64,000 nucleotides of DNA from the NCBI GenBank assembly GCA_963666055.2, contig CAXWPH010000015.1:1984001-2048000 (forward strand). Direction: 5' to 3'. The translations under genes were made by a program, and so were the position numbers. Below are positions 53,963-64,000 of this stretch, one piece after another. A model generated the notes under the pieces. It did no database searches, was not told where the DNA came from, and saw nothing but the letters and a program-made list of their open reading frames with translations. Every line of letters starts with the position of its first letter. Positions within the stretch are counted from its first letter, which is position 1. This stretch comes from Acidobacteriota bacterium (GTDB lineage: Bacteria; Acidobacteriota; UBA890; WLXD01).

Positions 53963-56900
53963 GCGCCATCGCCGCCGACAGGTCTGCCCGCGGGCGCATC
54001 CGCGATGACCTTACGCGTAGCTTCCTGGTCGAAGCGGCGGCCGGTACCGGCAAGACGACGATTTTGGTGGGGCGCCTGGTGAACGCCCTCGCCGCGGGGG
54101 CACCGATCGAGGCCGTGGTTGCGGTGACCTTCACGCGCAAGGCGGCCGGCGAGCTCAAGCTACGACTGCGCCAGGAGCTGGACCGAGCCCGAGCGAGCGA
54201 GACTGACCCCGACCGCCGCGATTGCCTCGCTGATGCGATCGCTCGTTTGGAGGAGGCCAGTATCGGCACCATCCATTCGTTTTGCGCCGAGATTCTGCGT
54301 CAGCGACCGGTGGAGGCGAAGATCGACCCGGCTTTCGGGGAGATCGACAACGAGCAGGCCGCGACGATTTACCGACGAGCTTTCCGCACGTGGATCGAGC
54401 GTCGGCTGGGTGAGATGCCCGAGGGCTTGAGGCGTGCGTTCAGTCGCTTGGCGGTGCGCCCCTCTTTCGATGGATCCACGCCCATGGAGCGGCTGCGCGA
54501 AGCCGGCCAGCAGTTGCTCGAATGGCGGGACTACCCGGCGAAGTGGGAGCGGCGACCCTACGATCGTGAGGCGATGATCGACATCGAGATCGAGCGCGTC
54601 GCCGAACTAGCGACCCTGTATCAAGACTGCCGGAAGACCGATGACCCGCTCCGTAAGGCGATTGCTCCGGCCGAGCAACTTGACACCTGGATCCGTCGCT
54701 CGGAAGACGTCGAGCCGAGCCGCGACTACGATGCGCTCGAGGCTCGCCTGCTGGACACGCTACGCGAGCTGCGGCGCAGCCGGCGGCAGAAAGGCAGAGG
54801 CACTTGGGCAGCCGATAGCATCTCGCGCGCCGAGGTTGCGAGGCAGCGCGACACACTGATCGCCAGCCTCGAAGAGTTCGAACGATACGCCGACGCTGAC
54901 CTCGCGGCTCTATTACGCGGCGAGCTGGACGAGGTCGTCGACGCGTATGGTCGCCTCAAGCGCGACGCCGGACAGCTCGACTTTCTCGACTTGTTGATCC
55001 GTACACGCGATCTGATTCGCGACAACGCCGAGGTGCGCCGCTACCTGCAGGGCCGGTTCCGACACATCTTCGTCGACGAGTTTCAGGACACAGATCCGTT
55101 GCCGGTCGAGATACTCCTCCTGCTCGCCGCCGCCGATCCGGAGGTCGCAGACTGGCGGTGTGCGGCCCCGGCACCCGGAAAGCTCTTCCTGGTAGGCGAC
55201 CCCAAGCAGTCCATCTACCGATTTCGCCGTGCCGACGTGGTGCTCTACGAACAAATCAAGGAAACGCTGCAGCGACAGGGCGTCGCATTCGAGAAGCTGA
55301 CCCGCAGCTGGCGATCGGTGCAGCCTCTGCAGGAGAGCGTCAACCGCGCCTTCAGCAGGCTGATGACCGGAGATCGCCAGTCGGGCCAGCCTGACTACGT
55401 ACCGCTGGCCAACCATCGCCCCGCCATCGTCAACCAGCCTGCCGTGGTGGCGTTGCCCGTTCCCGAGCCCTATGGTCGCTATCGCATCACCAAATGGGAG
55501 GTGGATCGCGGCCTTCCTGAAGTGATCGCGGCGTGGATCTCCTGGCTGCTCACCGACAGCGATTGGAAGGTCGACGACCCCGATCACCCGGGCGAGTTGG
55601 TCGCCATCCGGCCGCGTCATATCACCATCTTGTTCCGCCGCTTTCTTTCCTGGCGGAGCGACGTTACCCGGCCCTACCTGGCGGCGCTGGAGGCGCGCGG
55701 CATTCCTCACCTGCTGTCCGGCGGCCGCTCGTTCCACCAGCGCGAGGAAGTGGAAACATTGCGTGCGGCGCTGAGCGCAGTGGAGTGGCCTGACGACGAG
55801 CTGTCGGTCTTCGCCACTCTCAAGGGCGGCCTGTTCGCGATTTCCGATGCCGCGCTGCTGCGGTTTCGCCAGGAGATCGGCGGGTTGTATCCATTCCGGC
55901 GAGACGATCGCGAGCTCGACACCGAGCTCGCGCCGATCGGTGTTGCGCTATCGCTGCTAGCGGAGCTGCACCGCAGGCGCAATCGAGTACCGATTGCACA
56001 GACGATTCTCGAGTTGCTGGAGCCGACGCGCGCGCATGCCGGATTCGCCATGCGCCCGGCGGGCAACCAGGTGCTGGCAAATGTCCAGCGCGTCTGCGAC
56101 CTGGCGCGAGCATTCGAGCTCCGCGGTGGTATCTCGTTCCGTGGATTTGTTCGCCGGCTCAACGACGAGGCGGAGCGAGCTGGCTCGACCGAGTCGCCGG
56201 TGCTCGAGGAGGGCGCCGAGGGGGTACGCGTGATGACGGTGCACGGTGCCAAGGGTCTGGAGTTTCCAGTGGTCATCTTCGCGGACATCACCGCTAACCT
56301 GACACACGCGACGCCCTCGACCCACATCGACCCCGAGCGTCAGCTGAGTGCGACACGACTCTTGGGCTGTTCGCCCTGGGAGTTGACGGAGAACGCCGAC
56401 CGCGAGCGGGCTCGCGACGCTGCCGAGGCGGTTCGAGTCGCTTACGTAGCAGCCACCCGGGCTCGCGACCTTCTCGTGATCCCGACAATCGGCGACCATG
56501 CCTGGGAGGATGGCTGGACCTCGCCGCTCAACCCTGTCGTTTACCCACCGCGCGAACGCTACCGGCGTAGCGAGCTCGCGCCGGGGTGCCCGGCGTTCGG
56601 GGAGCGCACCGTCCTCAGCCGGCCGCACGCCGTGCCGGGAGAAGCCGAGATCTCGGTGCGCCCTGGCCTGCACCTGTCCGAGTGCGACACCCCGGTAGTT
56701 TGGTGGGATCCGGCACTGCTCGCGGTGAACGTGCCCAGGACCTTTGGTTTGCATCAGGAGCTCTTGCTTGCCAATGATGGGGCCGCCGGTGGTGCGGCAG
56801 CGGCAGCCGGTGCGGCCCAGCATGATGAGTGGCGACAGCGTCTCGACGACTCGATCGACCGCGGGTCACAGCCAGAGCGCACGGTGGTGCTCGTCTCGGA

Positions 56901-57386
56901 AGTCGACACTCCGCCGGATGTCGAGGCCGAGGTTGTAGTCGAGCATGTCGAGCGGGTGGCCGAGCGGCCCGGCGGCCGACGCTTCGGCACCCTGGTACAC
57001 ACGGTGCTACGGGATGTCCCATACGAGGCCGACGAGGCCACGGTCGCCGGCTTCGTTCGCGTCCACGGCCGCACCCTCGGGGCCGTGCTCCCAGAGATGG
57101 AAGCAGCCGCCGAAGCGGTTTGCCGGGCTCTCCGGCACCCGCTCTTGAGCACCGCCGCGGGGTCGCCTCGGTGCTACCGCGAGGTGCCGTTCACCGTGTG
57201 TCCGCAGGCGGGGCAGATCGTGGAGGGGGTGATCGATCTGATCTTCGACGACGGCGATGGCTGGACCATCGTCGATTTCAAGACGACGATCTTCTGGAAC
57301 GCTATCGTGCACAGGCGCTGTGGTACGTGCACGCCGCCCGATTGCTCTTGGACGGTGCCGCCCGAGCGGTGCTGCTGAGCGTGTAG
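53959..57386 (+). CDS. addA: AddA-like UvrD helicase-nuclease; frameshift near 57285
   Basis: EAAAGTGKT, VTFTRKAA, TIHSFC, VDEFQD, VGDPKQSIYRFR, MTVHGAKGLEF, YVAATRAR, EGVIDL...DFKT; C-terminus continues in ORF 56829-57386. Confidence 0.88.
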
Positions 57387-57462
57387 CACAAGTCGGCACA
57401 GCACCGCGTCGGAGGCAGAGGTAACGCCGACAACGTGCGAAGATGCCGCGTCGGAGGCATCC

Positions 57463-58446
57463 ATGGGTCACCACCACGACAGCAGAAATCTCCTTGCCAA
57501 CCTGGCGCTCGCGGTGGGCAGCCTGCTCGCGGTGCTGCTCGCCGCCGAGTTGGCGCTGCGTTTCGTCCTGCTCCGCAACCTCAACCCATTTCAGCCCGAC
57601 TCGACCATTGGCTACCGGCTGAAGCCGTCATTCGACGGTGCGTATCCGCACGTCCGAGTGCGCACCGATGCCAACGGGCACCGGGTGCCGACGACCCAGG
57701 ACGTCGATTCGACCGGTCGCTATCTGTTCGTCGGTGACTCGGTGACGTTCGGTTTTAGCGTTCGCGCCGAGGAAGCGTTTCCCTATCTTCTCGGCACGCG
57801 TCTCGGCGATCCGGTCGCCGCGACCAACGCCGGCGTGCCGGGATACAACCTAGAGCAGGCGCTGACCTTGCTGGGGGAGAATCTGCAGCGCGTTCTCCCT
57901 GATTTCGTCGTCTACGGGTTGGTAGTCAACGACGTCGGAAGCGCTGCGGGCAGGATGCGCTACGAGGACATCGATCCGCACGCCGCCCGCTCGGGCCGAG
58001 GCGGTCTGTTTGCTCGCTCGATGCTGATAGCGTTCGTGGAGCGGCGCTGGCGTCGCCTGGTGAGCCGCTTCGATGCACCCGAGCCGGAGCAAACTGGCGC
58101 CAACATCGTGCGCGACTACGAGGAGACATTCGAGGTCGCAGCGCGCCGGGCATTCGATCGTCAGTGGGCGGCGCTCGAGGCCATCCAGCGGGCGTTCGAC
58201 GTTGACGTGTACGTGTTGATCTGTCCCTTCAGCTATCAGGTGCACGAGGACCAGGAGCTCAACGCTCTCCAGGAATTTGTTCAGTCGCGATGCGAGAGCA
58301 GCGAGCTGATGTGCCTCGACCCACTGGAGCTTTTCCGTCGCCACAACGACGAAGCACTCTTTACACCCGGCAGTAGCTATCATTTCAGCCGGCGCGGGCA
58401 TGCCGTGCTGGCCGACTGGCTGTACCCGCGTCTCGCCGGCAAGTAG
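57463..58446 (+). CDS. Membrane-anchored SGNH/GDSL hydrolase-family protein
   Basis: N-terminal TM, FVGDSVTFG, NAGVPGY, ND, HFS..GH. Confidence 0.85.
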   Translation: MGHHHDSRNLLANLALAVGSLLAVLLAAELALRFVLLRNLNPFQPDSTIGYRLKPSFDGAYPHVRVRTDANGHRVPTTQDVDSTGRYLFVGDSVTFGFSVRAEEAFPYLLGTRLGDPVAATNAGVPGYNLEQALTLLGENLQRVLPDFVVYGLVVNDVGSAAGRMRYEDIDPHAARSGRGGLFARSMLIAFVERRWRRLVSRFDAPEPEQTGANIVRDYEETFEVAARRAFDRQWAALEAIQRAFDVDVYVLICPFSYQVHEDQELNALQEFVQSRCESSELMCLDPLELFRRHNDEALFTPGSSYHFSRRGHAVLADWLYPRLAGK

Positions 58447-58458
58447 CCGAAGTGCCGG

Positions 58459-59331
<873 letters not shown>

Positions 59332-59507
59332 CGCTGCTTGCGTCCCGTGCTGGTCGGAGACGACGGTCCGCGGGTATGCTCCGCGCCGACCGTCTTCAAT
59401 CAGTGCGCCATTATACCGGCGCCAGCGTCGGTCCCGTTTTGTATGATGGGGCGCGCCACCTCCGGGACTGGGAGATTGGCAGCCGTGACCGATCGACGGA
59501 GACGTCC

Positions 59508-60434
59508 ATGGAAGAAGGGACCCTGACCGCCGCGTTGGAGACGCACCGATCCGAAGCAGACGAGCAACGTCTGAGCCTCACGGTGGTCGTTCCGGTCTAC
59601 AACGAGGGAGCGAGCGTTGGCGGCGTGCTCGACGAGCTGCTTCCGGTTGTCGAGGCGCGCGGCTGGTCGCTGATAGTGGTTGACGACGGCTCCGACGATG
59701 GCACGTCAGCGGCGCTGGCCGAGGCATGCTCCCCGTGCCTTCGCGTTATACGGCACGCCCGCAACCGCGGCTATGGCGCGGCGCTCAAGACCGGTATCCG
59801 CTCCGCTTCGACCGATCTGGTTGCCTGCATGGATGCCGATGGACAGCATGCGGTGAGCGAGCTGCTCAAGGTCGCGGCGAGCGCTTCTGACCAGGCAATG
59901 GTTATCGGGCAACGGAAGGGACTAACCGAAAGCCCACTTTGGCGCGTGCCCGGGAAGTGGCTGCTGACCTTCATGGCACGTCTCCTTCGGGGTCGCCAGA
60001 TTCCCGATCTCAACTCCGGCCTGCGCGTGTTCCGGACCGATGTCATCCGTCGGTACCTCCACCTGTGCCCGGACGGGTTCTCGTTCAGCACCACCAGCAC
60101 TTTCGTGCTCATGCACCGGGGCTATGCGGTGAGCTACGTTCCCATCGATGTGGCGCCACGCGGCGGCAAGAGCGCGGTAACCGTCGGCACAGGCTTCCAG
60201 GCACTCTTGCTGGTCGTTCGCCTGGCGATGCTGTTGTCGCCCTTGCGGATCTTCCTGCCGATCGCGGCTGCGTCGATCTTCGGCGGCCTGTTGTGGACGA
60301 TTCCCTACCTGATGGCGCGCCGCGGCGTGACTGTGGCGGCGGTGCTACTCATTCTGAACGGTGTGCTGGTGCTGCTGTTCGGGCTGCTCGCCGACCAGAT
60401 CGCGGCTCTACGTAAGGAGCGGTTCGAAAACTAG
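59508..60434 (+). CDS. GT2 (DPM-synthase-like) glycosyltransferase with two C-terminal TM helices
   Basis: [52 protein letters not shown]. Confidence 0.9.
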   Translation: MEEGTLTAALETHRSEADEQRLSLTVVVPVYNEGASVGGVLDELLPVVEARGWSLIVVDDGSDDGTSAALAEACSPCLRVIRHARNRGYGAALKTGIRSASTDLVACMDADGQHAVSELLKVAASASDQAMVIGQRKGLTESPLWRVPGKWLLTFMARLLRGRQIPDLNSGLRVFRTDVIRRYLHLCPDGFSFSTTSTFVLMHRGYAVSYVPIDVAPRGGKSAVTVGTGFQALLLVVRLAMLLSPLRIFLPIAAASIFGGLLWTIPYLMARRGVTVAAVLLILNGVLVLLFGLLADQIAALRKERFEN

Positions 60435-61573
60435 TATCCGCGCGCCGCGTCCCAGATGCCCGCCTCGAGTAGGGATCGAGCCAGCCCACGCGCAGCGTAC
60501 GCTGCCCCGGCGATGTTGAAGTGGACGTCGTCGAAGAACAGATCGAGCGACTTGGGCGCCTCGGCGGCAAGATCGTAGAGGATCAGCCCGCGCTCGTCGG
60601 CCAACTGTCGGATCACGCCGTTGTATCGCTCGAGCGCCGCGTCCATGACCTCTTCGCCGTAGACGACGTCGTTGCGGTAGCGCATCCAATGCCAATTCTG
60701 CGCTTCGGGGTCGACGCGACTGTTCCACGTCGAGGCTTGGGTCATCAACGCCAGATCAAAGCCATGCGCCTCGGATAGAGCCGCGATCGTCGTCATGTTG
60801 GTCTCGAAGTGCCCGAGATCGGTCTTCGGTAGGTCGTCGGTTGTCGGCTTCGAGCGTTGCAGCGCCGCCTTTTCCCGGTAGTTTGTTTGCCAACCGATCT
60901 CCTCGAGCACGGCGCGGTCGCCGCGCCGTACGCTCCGCGCCAGCGCATGCAGCCGTCGGGGGATCTGAAACTCGGTCGCGAGCAGCGGAATCGACTGCCG
61001 GAGTGAGAATCGGCGTCCACCGGGGTGGAGGTAATCGTAGCCAAGCATGGCGCCCAGGAGATCGTTGACCCCGGCGAACACCATCACGACGTCCGGCTGC
61101 AAGTGCACGATGCGCTGGGTCAGTATGGCGATGTGGTCGGGGCTTCGATCGCCGGATTTGCCGGCGTTGTATACGCGCACGTCAAGACCGGACGGGGCGT
61201 GATCTGCCAAGGCGACCTGCAGGAGATGGCCGATCGATTCGTCATCACCGATACCGAGGCACTCGATGGTGCTACCACCGACCAGAAAGACGCGATACTC
61301 GCCGGCCGGCTTGAGTATCGACAGCGGCTCCCCCTTGAACCCCACGTTGTTGGTGGTGAAGCTGTTGGTGCCGGAGAGGCCGGGGAGGCCATCCTCGATC
61401 TGGATCTGCAACGTCGTGTTCGGCTGATGCGCTGAAGGGATGAAGTCGTTGTCGATCTTCGACCCGGCATAGGGATCGGGAAAGGGCAGGAACCAGCCCA
61501 GCAGCAACTCCGCCGCCACCATCGCCAGCAGTGCGGCGAGGCCCACGAGCAGAAGATTTGGGAGCTTGCTCAT
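60431..61573 (-). CDS. Membrane-anchored SGNH/GDSL hydrolase-family protein
   Basis: N-terminal TM, VGGSTIE, YNAGKSG, AGVND, DDVHFN..G. Confidence 0.85.
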   Translation of the reverse strand: MSKLPNLLLVGLAALLAMVAAELLLGWFLPFPDPYAGSKIDNDFIPSAHQPNTTLQIQIEDGLPGLSGTNSFTTNNVGFKGEPLSILKPAGEYRVFLVGGSTIECLGIGDDESIGHLLQVALADHAPSGLDVRVYNAGKSGDRSPDHIAILTQRIVHLQPDVVMVFAGVNDLLGAMLGYDYLHPGGRRFSLRQSIPLLATEFQIPRRLHALARSVRRGDRAVLEEIGWQTNYREKAALQRSKPTTDDLPKTDLGHFETNMTTIAALSEAHGFDLALMTQASTWNSRVDPEAQNWHWMRYRNDVVYGEEVMDAALERYNGVIRQLADERGLILYDLAAEAPKSLDLFFDDVHFNIAGAAYAARGLARSLLEAGIWDAARGY

Positions 61574-61603
61574 CAGATCCTCAGAGCCGGAGCACGACGG
61601 CGA

Positions 61604-62386
61604 TCAATCAGCGACCTCGTCGTAGAATTTCTTCTCGTACGGGAGGGTCCAGTGCCGGATCCGGCGCCGCAGCAATGCTGGCACCCAATAATAGAGGCGG
61701 ATGAGCAACCTGCGGGCAAAGATGTTCTTGCTGGTCTGGAACTGTAGCTCGCCGAAATCGAAACGGTTGCGACCGATCAGCGCTTCGCCCTGGCGTTTGC
61801 GTGGCCGCGGCTTTACCCGATGCCGATAGAACCCGAAGGTGACGAGTGCGATGGTGTCGAAGCGCGAGTCGATCCCAAACATGCGGCGGATCTCGCCGCG
61901 GTTCGGAACATGACCGATCCAGCAGCTTCCGATTCCTGTCGCGTGCGCCAGGAGCGAGAACGTGGTGATGAAAGCGGCGCCCGACTGCACGTGGTCGCTG
62001 TATTTCAGATTGTCGGTGCGGTTGTTGTAGAGAACCAGGAACGCCTGCTTGGTCTTGCGGAGGAAGGCCGCGGACCCACGCAGGTAGAGGTCGTCGAGGA
62101 TCTCGCGATCGTCGATGTAGATGATCTTCCAGCGCTGCTCGTTGCACGCCGACGGTGCGTGAGCCGCGAGATTCACGAGGCTCTCAAACAGCTCGAACGG
62201 TACCGGCTCCTCGGCATAGCTGCGCGCCGTTCGGCGGGTGATGATCGCATCGAGCACCGACATGTCGGGCGATGGAGCGGCGGCGATCTCGGCGGGAAAA
62301 AGATACTTGCCGTCGAAGCGCACCGAGGTCTGGGTCTCGACGTTGCGGGCGCGCAGGATCTGGACGGTTTCGTCCCGGTCGCTCAT
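61604..62386 (-). CDS. Nitroreductase-family flavoprotein
   Basis: I.TRRTARSY, APSACNEQRW, LLAHA.GIGSCWIG, LVTFGF. Confidence 0.85.
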   Translation of the reverse strand: MSDRDETVQILRARNVETQTSVRFDGKYLFPAEIAAAPSPDMSVLDAIITRRTARSYAEEPVPFELFESLVNLAAHAPSACNEQRWKIIYIDDREILDDLYLRGSAAFLRKTKQAFLVLYNNRTDNLKYSDHVQSGAAFITTFSLLAHATGIGSCWIGHVPNRGEIRRMFGIDSRFDTIALVTFGFYRHRVKPRPRKRQGEALIGRNRFDFGELQFQTSKNIFARRLLIRLYYWVPALLRRRIRHWTLPYEKKFYDEVAD

Positions 62387-62390
62387 TGGG

Positions 62391-63116
62391 CTATCCGGCG
62401 GGGCGGGCGTGGAAGAACTGTCGGATGCCGAGATCCGAAAGCCCGAGGCGGTTGAGCGGCTGCTCGACATGTCGGTCGATCCACTGCAGGGCACGGTTCT
62501 TGAACGGCAGAAATAGCGTGCCACGATGGTCGAGCAACTCGAAGCCGCCTTGCCGCAGCAGCCGCTTGACGATTCGCGATGACAGGAACCGGTGTGGTCC
62601 CTCGCCGTGGTTGAAAGCGAATGTCTCGTAGACGCGAAGCACCGCCTCCGCGAATGCCGGTGGACAACTCAGAATCAGAGCTCCCTGCGGCTTCAGAACT
62701 CGATGGATCTCTCCGATAAACCGCACCGGATCCGGGCAGTGCTCGAGCGTCTCCAGCGACAGGACGAGGTCGACAGACCGGCTGCGTACCGGCAGGTCAG
62801 TGAGATCGGTCTGAGCGTAGCGGCCGTGCCGCCCACGTGCCCGTGCGATGTTAATGAGGGGCAACGAGACCTCGAGGTTGATCACCGTGCTCGCCAGCCG
62901 CTGGGCGCGCAGGAATTCCACTGCCTCGCCGGTGCGTGACCAGATGTTCAGGATCGTGGCCGGTGCCGCTGCCGGAAAGTAGGTGAAGCTCTCGCGGTAG
63001 CGTTGATCGTGGGCGTCGCGCACCTGATCGTTGGCGCGGTCGTAAATATCGGCCACGCCGTCCCAGAACTCGCGCACGTCGGCAGAGGAGAAGTCGTTCC
63101 TGGCGGCGATGTCCAT
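62391..63116 (-). CDS. Class I SAM-dependent methyltransferase (type 11-like)
   Basis: LPV...SVDLVLSLETLEH.PDP..F..EI.RVLKP.G.LILS.P; motif I atypical (LNIWSRTG). Confidence 0.8.
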   Translation of the reverse strand: MDIAARNDFSSADVREFWDGVADIYDRANDQVRDAHDQRYRESFTYFPAAAPATILNIWSRTGEAVEFLRAQRLASTVINLEVSLPLINIARARGRHGRYAQTDLTDLPVRSRSVDLVLSLETLEHCPDPVRFIGEIHRVLKPQGALILSCPPAFAEAVLRVYETFAFNHGEGPHRFLSSRIVKRLLRQGGFELLDHRGTLFLPFKNRALQWIDRHVEQPLNRLGLSDLGIRQFFHARPAG

Positions 63117-63210
63117 GGCGGGAATCAGTGGCGCTGGTTCATTGGTGGCTCAGCAACGCCATATGTCTACGAACCCATCCCGCGAGGATACACCGAGGTG
63201 CCTGGCCGGC

Positions 63211-64000
63211 TCAGGGCCAGACGGCCCTGAGCACTTGGCTTCGTTCCTTGGTCAGCACCGGTACGTGACCTGGCCAAGCGAGCGCCGACACGAATATATA
63301 GACGACCTCACCGGACTTCGGCGTCCAGCTGGTGAGCGGCGCAAACTTCACATGCGACTTCATCTGCGTGGCGACCGTCGTGGCCGGTGGATTGGAACCC
63401 AAGCTCTTGCATATGCCGCCAGGCACTTGCCACTCGAAGATGGCCGCGTACCAGGTGCCGTTGACGTTGGCGATGACCCAGGTGTTGGCCTCTACTATGA
63501 CGCCGCTGCCGGTCTCTGCCGTCGTCGGCCACTGGCCGGCCTTGGTATGCGGCATGCAGATCTCACCGGCTGAGATCGACACGCCGGTGAGCGTGGAGGT
63601 GATCGGCCAGTCGCTGATGTTGTGGTTCAGGAAGACGACCTGCGACAGGTCGATCTCGTCCTGGGAGTTGCCACCGCCGCCGCCACCACCACCGCCGCCG
63701 CCGCCACCACCGTCGCCGCCGTCGCCGCTGTCGCCGCCACCTTCGTCCTCGGTCTTAACAACTACCTTCAGCTCGGCGGACGCGGTGCGGCCGGCATCGT
63801 CCTCGAAGTTGATCCGTGCCGCGTAGGTTCCCTCGTTCACGTAGGTGTGCGTCGCTTCGGCCGAGCCGCCGGTGACCGGCCCGGTGGCGGCCGCTCCGTC
63901 ACCGTAATCAAGCGTTGCGGTCCCGTTCGGTGTGGCACCGTTGCTCAGCCTGGCCGCAACGGTGAAGACCGTCGGTTCCCCAACGAGACCAACGTCGGCA
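63211..64000 (-). CDS. C-terminal part of a PKD-like domain protein with a Gly linker and an uncharacterised terminal domain; starts beyond the window
   Basis: Frame is open to the window end; LDYGDG...HTYVNEGTY PKD signature, poly-Gly, then a Trp-rich domain ending ERSQVLRAVWP. Confidence 0.75.
   Translation of the reverse strand, partial: ADVGLVGEPTVFTVAARLSNGATPNGTATLDYGDGAAATGPVTGGSAEATHTYVNEGTYAARINFEDDAGRTASAELKVVVKTEDEGGGDSGDGGDGGGGGGGGGGGGGGNSQDEIDLSQVVFLNHNISDWPITSTLTGVSISAGEICMPHTKAGQWPTTAETGSGVIVEANTWVIANVNGTWYAAIFEWQVPGGICKSLGSNPPATTVATQMKSHVKFAPLTSWTPKSGEVVYIFVSALAWPGHVPVLTKERSQVLRAVWP
63671..63740. repeat. (CCG/CCA)n trinucleotide tract encoding a poly-Gly linker
   Basis: ccaccgccgccgccaccaccaccgccgccgccgccaccacc. 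Confidence 0.8.

Noticed and set aside
50700-57386. Helicase-nuclease pair as a novel defence system or Cas4-linked locus
   Set aside because: Domain order and motifs fit ordinary AddAB, and no CRISPR repeats or cas genes are present in the window.
63332-63826. Plus-strand poly-Pro ORF
   Set aside because: It is the antisense reading of the poly-Gly linker in the PKD protein.

Overview
High-GC bacterial chromosomal segment, most likely Acidobacteriota (inferred from a PadR + duplicated ABC-permease [ADOP] pair and a GWxTD protein). It looks like an imperfect long-read or metagenomic assembly: about a dozen single-base frameshifts occur, including in addA/addB. Housekeeping genes are ychF (partial), tRNA-Ser-ffs-dnaX-ybaB-recR-tRNA-Asn, carAB, three-gene pntAB, a fused 2-oxoacid dehydrogenase E1, addBA and rfbA. 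Accessory content includes many secreted hydrolases, a benzoate-CoA ligase, an OmpR/kinase/spondin module, an FGE/Gfo-Idh-MocA/TIM-barrel sugar cluster, a TmpAB-like phosphonate oxygenase pair and a surface-glycan modification cluster. The most notable observations are: (1) an apparently circularly permuted PA-domain zinc metalloprotease (40138-41718); (2) a highly structured MITE family with one intact copy (30-bp perfect TIRs, CTAG target), a diverged inverted copy and a solitary end; (3) a radical SAM enzyme with an N-terminal SPASM/twitch domain and a Cx3Cx4C motif; (4) several clear candidate operators. No CRISPR array, rRNA or transposase gene was seen. All family assignments are from motif recognition, not database searches.
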